From Chiloscyllium plagiosum (Eukaryota), in assembly GCF_004010195.1 (NCBI RefSeq), contig NC_057749.1:16830901-16864321 (forward strand): a stretch of 33,421 nt of DNA, given 5' to 3'. The position numbers and the translations under genes are program-made. The notes below the pieces were generated by a model that was not told the DNA's origin, searched no databases, and was given only the letters and a program-made list of their open reading frames with translations. Below are positions 21,092-31,319 of this stretch, piece after piece. Each line of letters opens with the position of its first letter. Position 1 is the first letter of the stretch.

Positions 21092-21907
21092 TAGCTATTG
21101 TCTATACCTGGTCTTTCGGAAATGTGATTCTCTAACTGCAAACCTCTTTCAAGAGCAGTTAGGGATGGACAACAAATACTGGCTTCACATTGTGCAAAGG
21201 CATTAGCTGGAGGCTCACTCCTGGTGGATGCTGTGGGCAAACACAATCCAGCTGTCCCTCGGAGGTGGGAACCTGAGGACAGACTCTCTTGCCTTCTGAA
21301 GTGGGTCATTTCATGGCTGATGGAGTGGGCCGGGCCTGGCCAGACCTGGACTCACAGGCAGCTTTCTCACGGGCAGTCTGAGCTTCCCTGTCACTTTGTG
21401 CCCTCCCCTTTTGTACAAACTGTTCCTCTGTGGAAATATTTTCTCTGGAGTGTCTTGTTGGTTTGTTAAAAATAGCACAGCGATTAAAAACGTGGAACAG
21501 GGCCCAGGATATAACTTTTAAAAAGAACTTCCTCTTTTCACAGCATCCCAAAGGCACTTTGCAACCAATGAGCTGATTCCTTGATGTGAGGTCACTGTTG
21601 AAACGGAGGAAATTAGGAAGCCAATTTGGGCACAGCAAGCTCCCACAAACAGGGATGAGGTAATGACCGAAACATCTGTTTCGCGGATTTTGATTCAGTT
21701 ATAAAAATAAATTGGGACACTGATTTGAAGGAGTGACGTGTTATCTTGAACACCCACCTGAGATGTGAACCATGGTTGTGGTTTAGCAACTCAGTGGGCT
21801 CTTTCTGTGCCCAACCTCATCGAAAACAGCATCTTGGACTATGCAACAAGGACCCTGGAGTGGGTATCAATGCCACCACCTCCAGCCTTGGAGGGCTAGC
21901 AGTGTGG

Positions 21908-22102
21908 AGAGTGTGATGCTGTAAAAGGGCAGCAGGTCAGGCAGCATCCGAGGAGCAGGAGAATCAATGTTTCAGCCCTTCATCAGGAATCATGTCCGAA
22001 ACGTCGATTCTCCTGCTCCTTGGATGCTGCCTCACCTACTGCGCTTTTCCAGCACCACACTCTCAACTCTGATCTCCAGCATCTGCAGACCTCACTGTCT
22101 CG
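21908..22102. mobile_element. Palindromic Penelope-like element, family A
   Basis: Inverted arms around cccttcatcaggaat...ccgaaacgtcgattc. TSD gggct(a/g)gcagtgtgg (14/15) at 21893-21907 and 22103-22117. Confidence 0.75.
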
Positions 22103-22191
22103 GGGCTGGCAGTGTGGCACCCTGAGGGTCCAGCACCATGCAGGGGTGACCTCCCCCTTCACCCCCCCCTTCACCACCCTCCGCCACTTAC

Positions 22192-22319
22192 CAGGCACTG
22201 CCCGTTGATGCAGATGCCGTTGGAACCAGCTCCACATTTTGTCCCATCCAGCACCCGCCCGAAATTGTAATAAAACATCCGGCCTTTGGCCAAACAGCTG
22301 AGCTCACAGGGACTCGGGG
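22192..22319 (-). CDS. ADAMTSL5: ADAMTSL5 exon, cysteine-rich module
   Basis: 128 bp, tgtgttgcag|CC...CTG|gtaagt, phase 1-0. Translates (A)PSPCELSCLAKGRMFYYNFGRVLDGTKCGAGSNGICINGQCL (CxLxC, VxDGTxC and ICxxGxC motifs). Confidence 0.95.
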
Positions 22320-22339
22320 CTGCAACACAAACCAAACCA

Positions 22340-22436
22340 GGAGGGGGAAGGTCAGTCACGGACACACACCGGGGGAGGGGTAGGGGAGGGGACGGGGTCA
22401 GTCACGGACACACACCGGGGGAGGGGTAATGGGGAG
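22340..22436. repeat. G-rich minisatellite (ggtcagtcacggacacacaccgggggagggg...) running into an assembly gap
   Basis: Two visible units; N gap 22437-22525. Confidence 0.7.
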
Positions 22437-22683
22437 NNNNNNNNNNNNNNNNNNNNNNNNNNNNNNNNNNNNNNNNNNNNNNNNNNNNNNNNNNNNNNNN
22501 NNNNNNNNNNNNNNNNNNNNNNNNNATCAGTCACACATTTATTTAATGACAAATTCTACTGACATTTTCTTCCACATTCAGAAATCTTATTTTCCTCCCT
22601 CTCTCGTACTTTTCAAAGTGTTGTTTGAACTTTGGTGCATCACATCATATCCTGTGAAGGCTCACCAGATAAAGGATTGTTCA

Positions 22684-22870
22684 GGTGGCACGGTGGCTCA
22701 GTGGTTAGCACTGCTGCCTCACAGCGCCAGGGCCTGGCTTCGATTCCAGCCTCAGGCGACTGTCTGTGTGGGGAGGGGGATGAATCTGCATGGGATGCTC
22801 TTTGGAGGATCAGTATGGACCTGTTGGGCTGAATGGCCTGTTTCCATACTGTAGGGATTCTATAATTCCA
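22684..22870 (+). mobile_element. HE1/V-SINE type SINE, internally deleted
   Basis: ggtggcacggtggctcagtggttagcactgctgcctcacagcgccaggg head joined to a gggctgaatggcctgtttccatactgtagggattc tail. Confidence 0.8.
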
Positions 22871-24404
22871 TGAAAGGAGAAAATGAGCCAGAGGGTCAAT
22901 CTCAGAGAGGAAGATGAGAAATAGAATGATAGTCATTGCAATAAGAAATAGAGACAAAAAAAGGGAGAACATAGAGAAGGAAAATATTAAAAAAAAGACT
23001 GCTGTAGTAAGAATGGAGACAAGAAATGGGCAATAAATAAGACAGACACAGAAACAATCACATACAGACAGACAGACACTGTATGTAATCTCCTGCTGCT
23101 TTCTCTCTGCTCCCATTCCATTTGGGATCATACTGTGCCACACTGGAACCATGGGACTCTCTTTCCTTTCCACGTGGCCATGTTCCCAGCTCTATCTCTA
23201 CCTCCACCCTCCCCGTGCCCCCACCCCCACACTCTTCACTGGTTCCAGTACAACCCATAGATTTCTGAATACTGGGCAAGTCCTGAATGCAAGTCTCTGA
23301 GTGTGGGTTAGTGAGATCACTGTGTAATCGCATTATTTCAACCACAGTCTCTGTTCCTGTACAGCTGGACCCCACAAACATTAACTGAACCGATGCATTA
23401 GCAAATTTACTGTGAGTGATGTTGGTCAAAGAAGGGAGTTATAACAGCTATGGGACCTTTCACATTGACCTGAGAGAGGACATAAGATCTCAGTTTACTA
23501 TCTTGTTCAAAGATAGCCTTCACTGAGAACGCAGCACTCCCTGGGTATGCCAGCTCGATACAGTACACACAACCATCTCACAGTAAAGATCAGGCACTGT
23601 AATCAATCACAGCCAGACCGCAGAAACCCGAGACAAAACCTGGGCCCTTGCTGCCCCAGTGTGCAGCCAGAGAAACCGCCTTCACATTGAGATGATAAGT
23701 AGGTGCCCTCCGAGTTGCCTGGGGAAGAATCCCATGGCGATATGTCAATGAAAACCAGTGGCTGTGTCCTGGCCAATCGTTATCCCACAACCAACGTCAC
23801 AAAAACAGATGATCACACTGCCGTTTGTGGGATCCTGCTGTGTACGCAATGGCTGCTGCGTTTCCTACATTCCCACCGTGACTACGTTTTTAAATCTCGA
23901 GGTCACGAACCAATCCCAACTCCCAGAGACACTTCCCAAAACCCATGGCTGGAGGTGGGGTCTGGGATCAGGCCCCATCAGCCACAGAATCCCCGACCCG
24001 TGACACGGAACCTCTGGTAGATAATCATATACTCATTAATCACCACATTTAAGGCAACTCACAGGCTGTGAAATGCTCTCAGACTTCCTGGGGTCGTGAA
24101 AAATGCTATATAAATGCGATTCTTTCTTTCTGTTTAACTTCCTGTGCTAAATCTAATATCATAATGTTGAAATGACAGATGTATTAAATATCCCCAGCAC
24201 ACACTGGATAGTTTAATGGTATTACATGAACTATCTGATATGATGCTGTGTTTGTTATCTGGAATAGGGCCTTCAATGGTCACACAGCTTACAGCTGTAT
24301 ACACCCTGGGGCAGGGTGGAAAGGAAGCTGATTCCTTGACAATCATTCCCTGGGGATGGTCTTCGGGAAAGGGCTGAAAGCTGCAAGAACGGGAAGTCTC
24401 TCAC

Positions 24405-24516
24405 CTCCAAAGAAAGGAACCCACTCAAAGGCAGCGCCTCGGATCTGGGGGATCTGGCGGCCATTGTAGGCTGCACATTGAAGCTGTCGGAAATCCTTGG
24501 TACCTGGGGGGCAGTC
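24405..24516 (-). CDS. ADAMTSL5: ADAMTSL5 exon, end of TSP1 / start of cysteine-rich module
   Basis: 112 bp, tctcctcag|GAC...GGAG|gtgaga, phase 0-1. Translates DCPPGTKDFRQLQCAAYNGRQIPQIRGAAFEWVPFFG(A), with the CP...DFRxxQC and WVP motifs. Confidence 0.95.
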
Positions 24517-24544
24517 CTGAGGAGAGACAGAGACAGCTTCAGAA

Positions 24545-25720
24545 CCCCAGCAACAGGCCTGACATTACCCCAGCAACAGGCCTGACTCTATCCCGGCAAC
24601 AGGTCCGATATCACCCCAGCAACAGGCCTGATATTACCCCAGCAACAGGCCTGATATCACCCCAGCAACAGGCCTGATATTACCCCAGCAACAGGCCTGA
24701 TGCTACTCCGGCAACAGGTCCGATATCACCCCAGCAACAGGCCTGTAATTACCCCAGCAACAGGCCTGACATTACCCCAGCAACAGGCCTGATATTACCC
24801 CAGCAAAAAGCCTGATGCTACTCCGGCAACAGGTCCGATATCACCCCAGCAACAGGCCTGATATTACCCCAGCAACAGGCCTGATGCTACCCCGGCAACA
24901 GGTCCGATGTCACCCCAGCAACAGGCCTGATATTACCCCAGCAACAAGCCTGATGCTACTCCGGCAACAGGTCCGATATCACCCCAGCAACAGGCCTGAT
25001 ATTACCCCGGCAACAGGTCCGATATCACCCCAGCGACAGGCCTGATATTACCTCAGCGACAGGCCCGATATTATCTCAGCAACAAGTCCTATATTACCCC
25101 AGCAATAGGCCTGATATTACCCCATCAACAATCTCAATATTACCTCAGCAACAGGCCTGATATTACCCCATCAACAGGCTGGATATTACCTCAGCGACAG
25201 GCCTGATATTACCCCAGCAACAGGCCTGATATTACCCCAGCCACAGGCCCGATATTACCCCAGCAATAGGCCTGATATTACCCCAGCAACAGGCCCAATA
25301 TTTTCTCAGCAACAGGTCCAATATTACCCCAGCAATAGGCCTGATATTTTCCATCAACAATCTCAATATTACCCCAGCAACAGTCTCAATATTACCTCAG
25401 CAACAGGTGTGATATTACCCCAGAAACAGGCTTGATATTACCCCAGAAACAGGCCTGATATTACCCCAGCAACAGGTTCGATATTACCCTAACAACATGT
25501 CCGATATTACCAAAGGAACAAGTCCAATATTACCCAAGGAATGGGGTCAGTATTACACCAATATCAGATCCAAAATTAACACAGGAACAGGCCCAATCTT
25601 ACACCAGAGTTGAGGCCTAATATTTTCAAGGAAAGACTCAGAGATACCCCAGAACAGGTCCAAGATCCAGAATTACACCACATGTAGACTCAGTATTACC
25701 CTTGCCACAGGCCTGATGTC
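24545..25720. repeat. 23-bp minisatellite (atattaccccagcaacaggcctg)n
   Basis: Directly visible. A three-unit higher-order pattern appears on the left; units decay progressively to the right. Confidence 0.92.
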
Positions 25721-26293
25721 ACTATTGAAGTTATTCTGTATTGTTTTAGCACAGCTCTTTGAGCATGCTGGAGGTGAGTCAGTCAGGATCAGCCAAAGTT
25801 TGAAGGCCACACATCGATCTACAGCCTTACACTCATGAGAGCACTGTGCCATGTTGGGGGAATCTCACTTATTTATTGTCCATTTGGTATCGGTGTCTGT
25901 TGTCCATGCGCAGTTGCCCTGGAGAAGATGGTTACATTTTCACACAAACAAGTGGCAACTTTAGGGGCAGGTCAAGTTAGTTTGGGGCTGGACATGTGCA
26001 GGTTAGATGAGTCAACATGTGAATCCACTGGATTCCAACAACTTGTGCCAAGACTGTTTTCAGATTTTAAAGTCTTCAACAGAATTCAAATACTCAACGT
26101 GACATGATGGGTTTTGAACTCATTCTCTGGACCCTGTGTCCAGTCCCCTCTTGTAATGGAACCCCCGCAGTGCCATGCCCTTACACACAGGAAAGCTCAG
26201 TAATACGTTCATCATGAGAAAAAAGGACTCTGTGGACTGAATTGGGGGAAGTTGCTGGTAAGAACCTTCCAAAATGTTTTTGGATGATCTTAC

Positions 26294-26354
26294 CTCAGTA
26301 GCACACACTTTGTACTGTCTCTGGTCCCCTGGACAGGGCTTTCCAAAGGGATGT
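26294..26354 (-). CDS. ADAMTSL5: ADAMTSL5 exon, C-terminal half of thrombospondin type-1 repeat
   Basis: 61 bp, ttttcattcacag|A...GAG|gtaaga, phase 2-0. Translates (R)HPFGKPCPGDQRQYKVCATE and joins to DCPP (CxG...YxxC..xCP). Confidence 0.9.
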
Positions 26355-26381
26355 CTGTGAATGAAAAACAGAGAACATTCA

Positions 26382-26418
<37 letters not shown>

Positions 26419-26585
26419 TCACACACATACACACTCTGCATACAAATACACTCTTACACAAACACACACAGTCATGTGCAGACACACGCACACACAAAGA
26501 AATGCACAGGCACATATGCACAAGCAAACCCCACACCCAGGCACGCACACATAGGTACATGCACACAGATAGACATGTGCACACC
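26382..26585. repeat. (CT)n(CA)n compound microsatellite
   Basis: Directly visible. Confidence 0.85.
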
Positions 26586-27149
26586 CATTCTCTGATACAC
26601 AGTGGAGATTTTGCGTTTGATCCCATCAATTGGTTGGGGGGGTAACGTGTGATGGGCATGATGCCTCACTGAGCTGCTAGAGATAGGGTCCAGGCAAGCT
26701 ATCTGAGGATGTGACGAGCCAATGTGGGGAATCTGCAATCTTCGAGAACTTGCTTCCTGCAGCTTTCCCTGAAATGGAATGGCGGTCTCTTCCCTGCCCT
26801 CAGACTGAGCATCACCGGGAAGTGACGGACAGTTATAGAGACAGGAGCAGAGAGGTGGGGAAGGTAGAAACAACCCAGAAGTCACCGAATCAATGACAAA
26901 CACTAACCCAGCGCTGGGATTCAATATTCCTCGATATAAAGAGTTCAAAATCAGTAATCTTGGATAGAACCCCCCTGTCAGGTCACCATGTCTGTTCTGA
27001 ATCATGCCAGAGTTGAAATGTTAACTCTGTTTCTCTCTCTACAGTTGGTATCTGACCTGCTGAGTTTCTCCAGCAGTTCCTATTTCGCTCAGAACTGAGC
27101 ACTGTTCCGAGTTCTCCTTCCTTTCTAAACACAGTGGAAAGTGCAATTA

Positions 27150-27600
27150 AGGATAATCCAGAATTGAGAGGCTGCAGCTATCGGCAACAATTAAGCAGGT
27201 TAGCAATATTCCAGAAAAGTTGAAATGGAAAGGTGATCTGATAGAGTTCAGTAAAATGATGAGTGGGTTGGCCAGGGAGAATGTGGTGAGCTATGTTTCC
27301 ACTTGTGGGAAAGTCCAAAGGAGGGTCAAAAATACAAGAGAATTGCAAACAACCAAAACAGGCAAATAAGGAGCAAGTTCCCTAATGAGAGAGTGATGAG
27401 AATGTGGATCTCATTCCCACAGGAAGTGGTTGTGGCAAAATTCAGAGATTCTTTCAAAAGGAAGATTTATTTTTCCATTAGTTCACAGGATGTGGGTGTT
27501 GCTGGCTGGGTCAGCATTTATTGACCTTGAGAAGGTGGTGGTGAGCTGTCTTCTTGAACCACTGCAGTCCCTGTGCTGTAGGTAGACCCACAATACTGTT
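27150..27600. mobile_element. Degenerate CR1 fragment (+) followed by L2-type LINE tail (-)
   Basis: aaggtgatctgatagag...gagagtgatgagaatgtgg resembles CR1. 27480-27600 ggatgtgggtgttgctggctggg...ccttgagaaggtggtggtgagctg matches 3850-3970. Confidence 0.55.
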
Positions 27601-28395
27601 ATATACCATGTGTGATATACATTGAGGGTTATATAGACAATGTGTTATACCTGTGTAATATCCCATGTATTATGTATACTGTGTGTTATATACCCCGTGT
27701 GTTATATATCCCGTGTATTATATACCCTGTGTGTTATACCCAGTGTTATATACCCCGTGTGTTATATACCCCGTGTGTTATGTACCCCGTGTGTTATATA
27801 CCCCGTGTTATATACCCCATGTGTTATATACCCCATGTGTTATGTGCCCCGTGTGTTATGTGCCCCGTGTGTTATATACCCTGTGTTATATACCCCGTGT
27901 GTTATGTACACCGTATGTTATGTACCCCGTGTGTTATATACCCCATGTGTTATGTACCCCGTGTATTATATACCCTGTGTGTTATATACCCTGTGTGTTA
28001 TATACCCCATGTGTTATGTACCCCGTGTGTTATATACCCTATGTGTTATATACCCTGTGTGTTATATACCCCGTGTGTTATGTACACCGTATGTTATGTA
28101 CCCCGTGTGTTATATACCCTGTGTGTTATGTACCCCGTGTATTATATACCCTGTGTGTTATATACCCCGTGTGTTATATACCCTGTGTGTTATGTACCCC
28201 GTGTGTTATATACCCTGTGTGTTATATACCCCGTGTGTTATGTACCCTGTGTGTTATATACCCCATGTGTTATATACCCTGTGTGTTATATACCCCATGT
28301 GTTATGTACCCCGTGTGTTATATACCCCATGTGTTATATACCCTGTGTGTTATATACCCTGTGTGTTATATACCCCGTGTGTTATGTACACCGTG
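27600..28395. repeat. 16-bp minisatellite (gtgttatataccc[c/t]gt)n
   Basis: Directly visible; source of the CYIP and VLYTP pseudo-ORFs in all three plus frames. Confidence 0.93.
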
Positions 28396-28484
28396 TATGA
28401 TAAAGACTGTGCGTTATACACAGACGATCCTCCAATGCTGAAATTTATAAAAGCAGAATCTTCAGAGTGGAAGTCATCAGAGTT

Positions 28485-28825
28485 GTGAATGGAGTGGGGG
28501 TCAGGGGTCATGAAAGGGGTGAGGCCAGAGGTTATTAAGAAGTTAGGGGTTAGGAGTTATGAAGTTGATGAGGTCAGGATTATGGACAGGCTGGGGTCAG
28601 GGGTTATGGAATGTGTGGGGGTTAAGGGGTTATGAATGGAGTGGGAGTCAGGCATGTGAAGGGGGTGAGGTCAAGGGTTATGGAGGGGATTGAGTCCAGG
28701 TGGAGTTAGGTGTTATGGAGGGGGTGGGGGACTCAGGGGTTATGAATGAAGAGGGGTCAAGGCTTATGGAGGGGTGGGGGGGTCAGGGGTTATGGAGGAG
28801 GTGGGGACAAGAATTGTGAAGGGGA
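28485..28825. repeat. Degenerate G-rich tandem repeat (ggggtcaggggttatggagg-like)
   Basis: Recurrent ggggtcagg and ggttatg(g/a)a motifs spaced about 23 bp apart. Confidence 0.7.
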
Positions 28826-29040
28826 TGTCCTTGACATGAGTTCTGAGTAATGGTCACTCGATCCAAATTGTCAAGATTATTTAGATTAGATTAGATTACT
28901 TTACAGTGTGTCAACTCTCATTTCTGCCCAAAGATACTTCCAGAGTCGCTGTTGTTGTCAATCTCTGTTGCATCCCATCCCCATCATCCACCCCCACCCC
29001 CATGCCACTGTAATCGTGGTGCTAAAGTGTGCAAACCATC

Positions 29041-29132
29041 AGAGAGAGAGAGAGGGAGCGAGAGAGGGAGGGAGGGAGAGAGAGAGACAGAGAGAGAGGG
29101 AGGGAGGGAGAGAGAGAGAGAGAGAGAGAGAG
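29041..29132. repeat. (GA)n/(GGGA)n microsatellite
   Basis: Directly visible. Confidence 0.9.
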
Positions 29133-30424
29133 AAAAACAGTCAGAAAGGAAATGAGATGACAGCGGTGCGAGCTGCTAGTTCACCCACAACTCCAGGAGA
29201 TCCTGGGAAGGGAGTGGGTGGAGTAAGGAGGTCATATGGGGACAAACCACAGTACAGGGTCCCAAAAAGGTATTATGGACAGAATGGCCTCTCCCAGTGT
29301 ATGATCTGTGGCTGATCAGTGTGTCTGGGTGGAGAGTTCACAGCTGTCAGAACATCTGCCTGGCTGTGATGCACCCTGTAGCCAAATATCCTTCTTTAGA
29401 TTCTAAAAAAACTGCAGTCACTGACTGTGGAGAGGTGGTTACCGGGGAATGCAGGGTGAGATGGTGATAGCACCCGCTCAGTGAGAGAATGGTTACTGTA
29501 CAGGTAGAGACCACTCAGCCCATCATGGATGGAACCTGGAGTGACCCAATCCTGAGTCAGGCACTGGGTCTGATCCTTCAGTCTTTACAAACCCACTCAT
29601 TACCCGGACCCAGTGGTAGGTGAGGGTTGGATGGGGGCATGTGTGCGGAGGACCAGAGGGTGGGAGGGATGAGTGGCACTGGAAGGCAATGCAGTCAGGT
29701 CTGGGTGACGGTTTGACTGTGATGCCTACTGTAGTCTAATAGCCTGCCATGCACCATGGTTAGACCAGAGGAGAGGCCATTAATTTGGCACATTGACCGA
29801 TACAGAAAGTGTGGGTTTGGACTGGGATTTCTGAAAGTTTCACCATTTAATGTAATATTCACCTCCTGTCTTGCCCTGCCTCACCCAGTCAAATAGCCGC
29901 TATTCCCGCCTCAGCTAAGAGAGGTGAACTCGACTATCTGGGGATTAGACATGGGGTCTTGCTTGTTGATAGGATATTGTTGTCTGTGACCAGCCAATCT
30001 CCCTCCATCCCCGATCCTCCCTACACTCCTTCACCAATTGCAGTGCTTTATAAAGATTGGAAAATCAGAGGCTGGACCTAGTTCAGGATGGAGTTACTCT
30101 GTGTCACCTGCTCTCCACTGAGGTTAACGTCAGAATGCTGCTGCTCCCTTTATCACCGCCAGGATATTTAACTGTGAGAGGCATCACAGCCAAATGAGAC
30201 CCAGCCCCCATCTGATGCCAGAGGTGTACATAGTGCATGTGAGGGTGCAGTGTGAGGGTAGGATGTCTTCCACAGTTCAGCAGCCCACTCACAATGGCCT
30301 GGCTGAGACCAGAAGAACTGTGTCACCTCGAGATACTTCAGGGTGGGGGGTGGGGGAGGGGGGTTCATTTATGAACCAATCCCAACAGAGTTCCAGTTGC
30401 AGGTAAAGTGAGGATTTGACTCAC

Positions 30425-30497
30425 CGCAGCTAGTAACTGAGAATGTACGATGATTCCGAACACGGTGACATTCACAAGCAGAAATCTGGGCTGGGCC
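30425..30497 (-). CDS. ADAMTSL5: Probable ADAMTSL5 signal-peptide exon
   Basis: 73 bp, ctgtttgttccag|G...GCG|gtgagt. The phase 2-0 frame reads AQPRFLLVNVTVFGIIVHSQLLAA (basic residue, hydrophobic core, small residues). It cannot join directly in frame to the 26294-26354 exon. Confidence 0.55.
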
Positions 30498-31319
30498 CTG
30501 GAACAAACAGTAATACAGCATGACGGTCAGTCCCTCATCTTCACAGCCTCCCCTCAAACCTCCAGCTCCTTCAAATTCCTCCCTCCCCCTCCCTCTTCTC
30601 TCTCTGTATTTCTGTGTAACTATGAGGGACAGTACGGATTTCCATGGAATAGGCCAATCCATTTAAAAATATACGGAGTACACTTAATTCATATAGACCC
30701 TGAATTAATAGCATATTCCAGATTCACTGTCAGTTCAGCAAACTGTACTCCATCAGATCGTCTCATTCCATAGCCTCCTCTCCTCTTTAAAACTGAAAGT
30801 AAAGCTCCCTCTACACAGTTTCCCCATCAAACGCTCCCAGGACAGGGACAGCACAGGGCTAGATACAGAGTAAAGCTTCCTCTACTATGAGAGTCACCCC
30901 TGGTTCTCTGTGCTGTTTAACCTGCAACATTTAACCTACAAATTCTGTGACAGTGTGGTGCTTGATGAATTGACTGTGTGTAACCTGGTACTCAGACAGT
31001 GGTTAATGGTTAACCAATCCCTGCCTTCTGAATGGGCAACATGGTAGCTGAGATTCATGCCAGGCCACGATGGCTGTGACAGTCACTCGGTAACTCACTC
31101 ACACCTGAATAATGTGATTTAATGTTTAATGTGGTTTCTCTGGAAAGTGATTGGGATACTCCTTCCAGCAAGATGGCGGGTGGAGTCAGGCTTGTCTGCA
31201 TTTCATTTCATTTCTTTTCTTTGTTTTTCTCCCCTCTTGTTTGTTTCTTCTGTTTTATTTCACTTATCGCTTGGTGAAGCGCTTGGATTGGCAATGGCAT
31301 TGGGGTGAGGGAGCCCGGC

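Larger units (their letters stand above)
3431..30497 (-). other. ADAMTSL5: ADAMTSL5 (ADAMTS-like protein 5 / THSD6) gene span, 5' part incomplete in window
   Basis: Ten phase-compatible GT-AG coding exons plus a candidate signal exon translate to TSP1 C-half, Cys-rich, spacer, linker and C-terminal NTR domain. No metalloprotease domain is present. A single TSP1 plus a terminal NTR is the ADAMTSL5 architecture. Confidence 0.92.

Noticed and set aside
24545..25720. Regular ~23-bp repeats as a CRISPR array
   Set aside because: Head-to-tail units without unique spacers, vertebrate context, and no cas genes.
27612..28488. Three ~260-280 aa Cys/Tyr/Pro-rich ORFs resembling keratin-associated proteins
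   Set aside because: A 16-bp unit cycles through all frames; the sequence is intronic and antisense to the gene.
30104..30368. ORFs containing DGGWVSFGC as the missing TSP1 exon
   Set aside because: No WxxWxxCSxxCG pattern, and a stop codon follows within a few codons.
30898..30930. ATG TTG CAG... as the first coding exon
   Set aside because: Available donors are phase 0, incompatible with the signal-peptide frame of the 30425-30497 exon.
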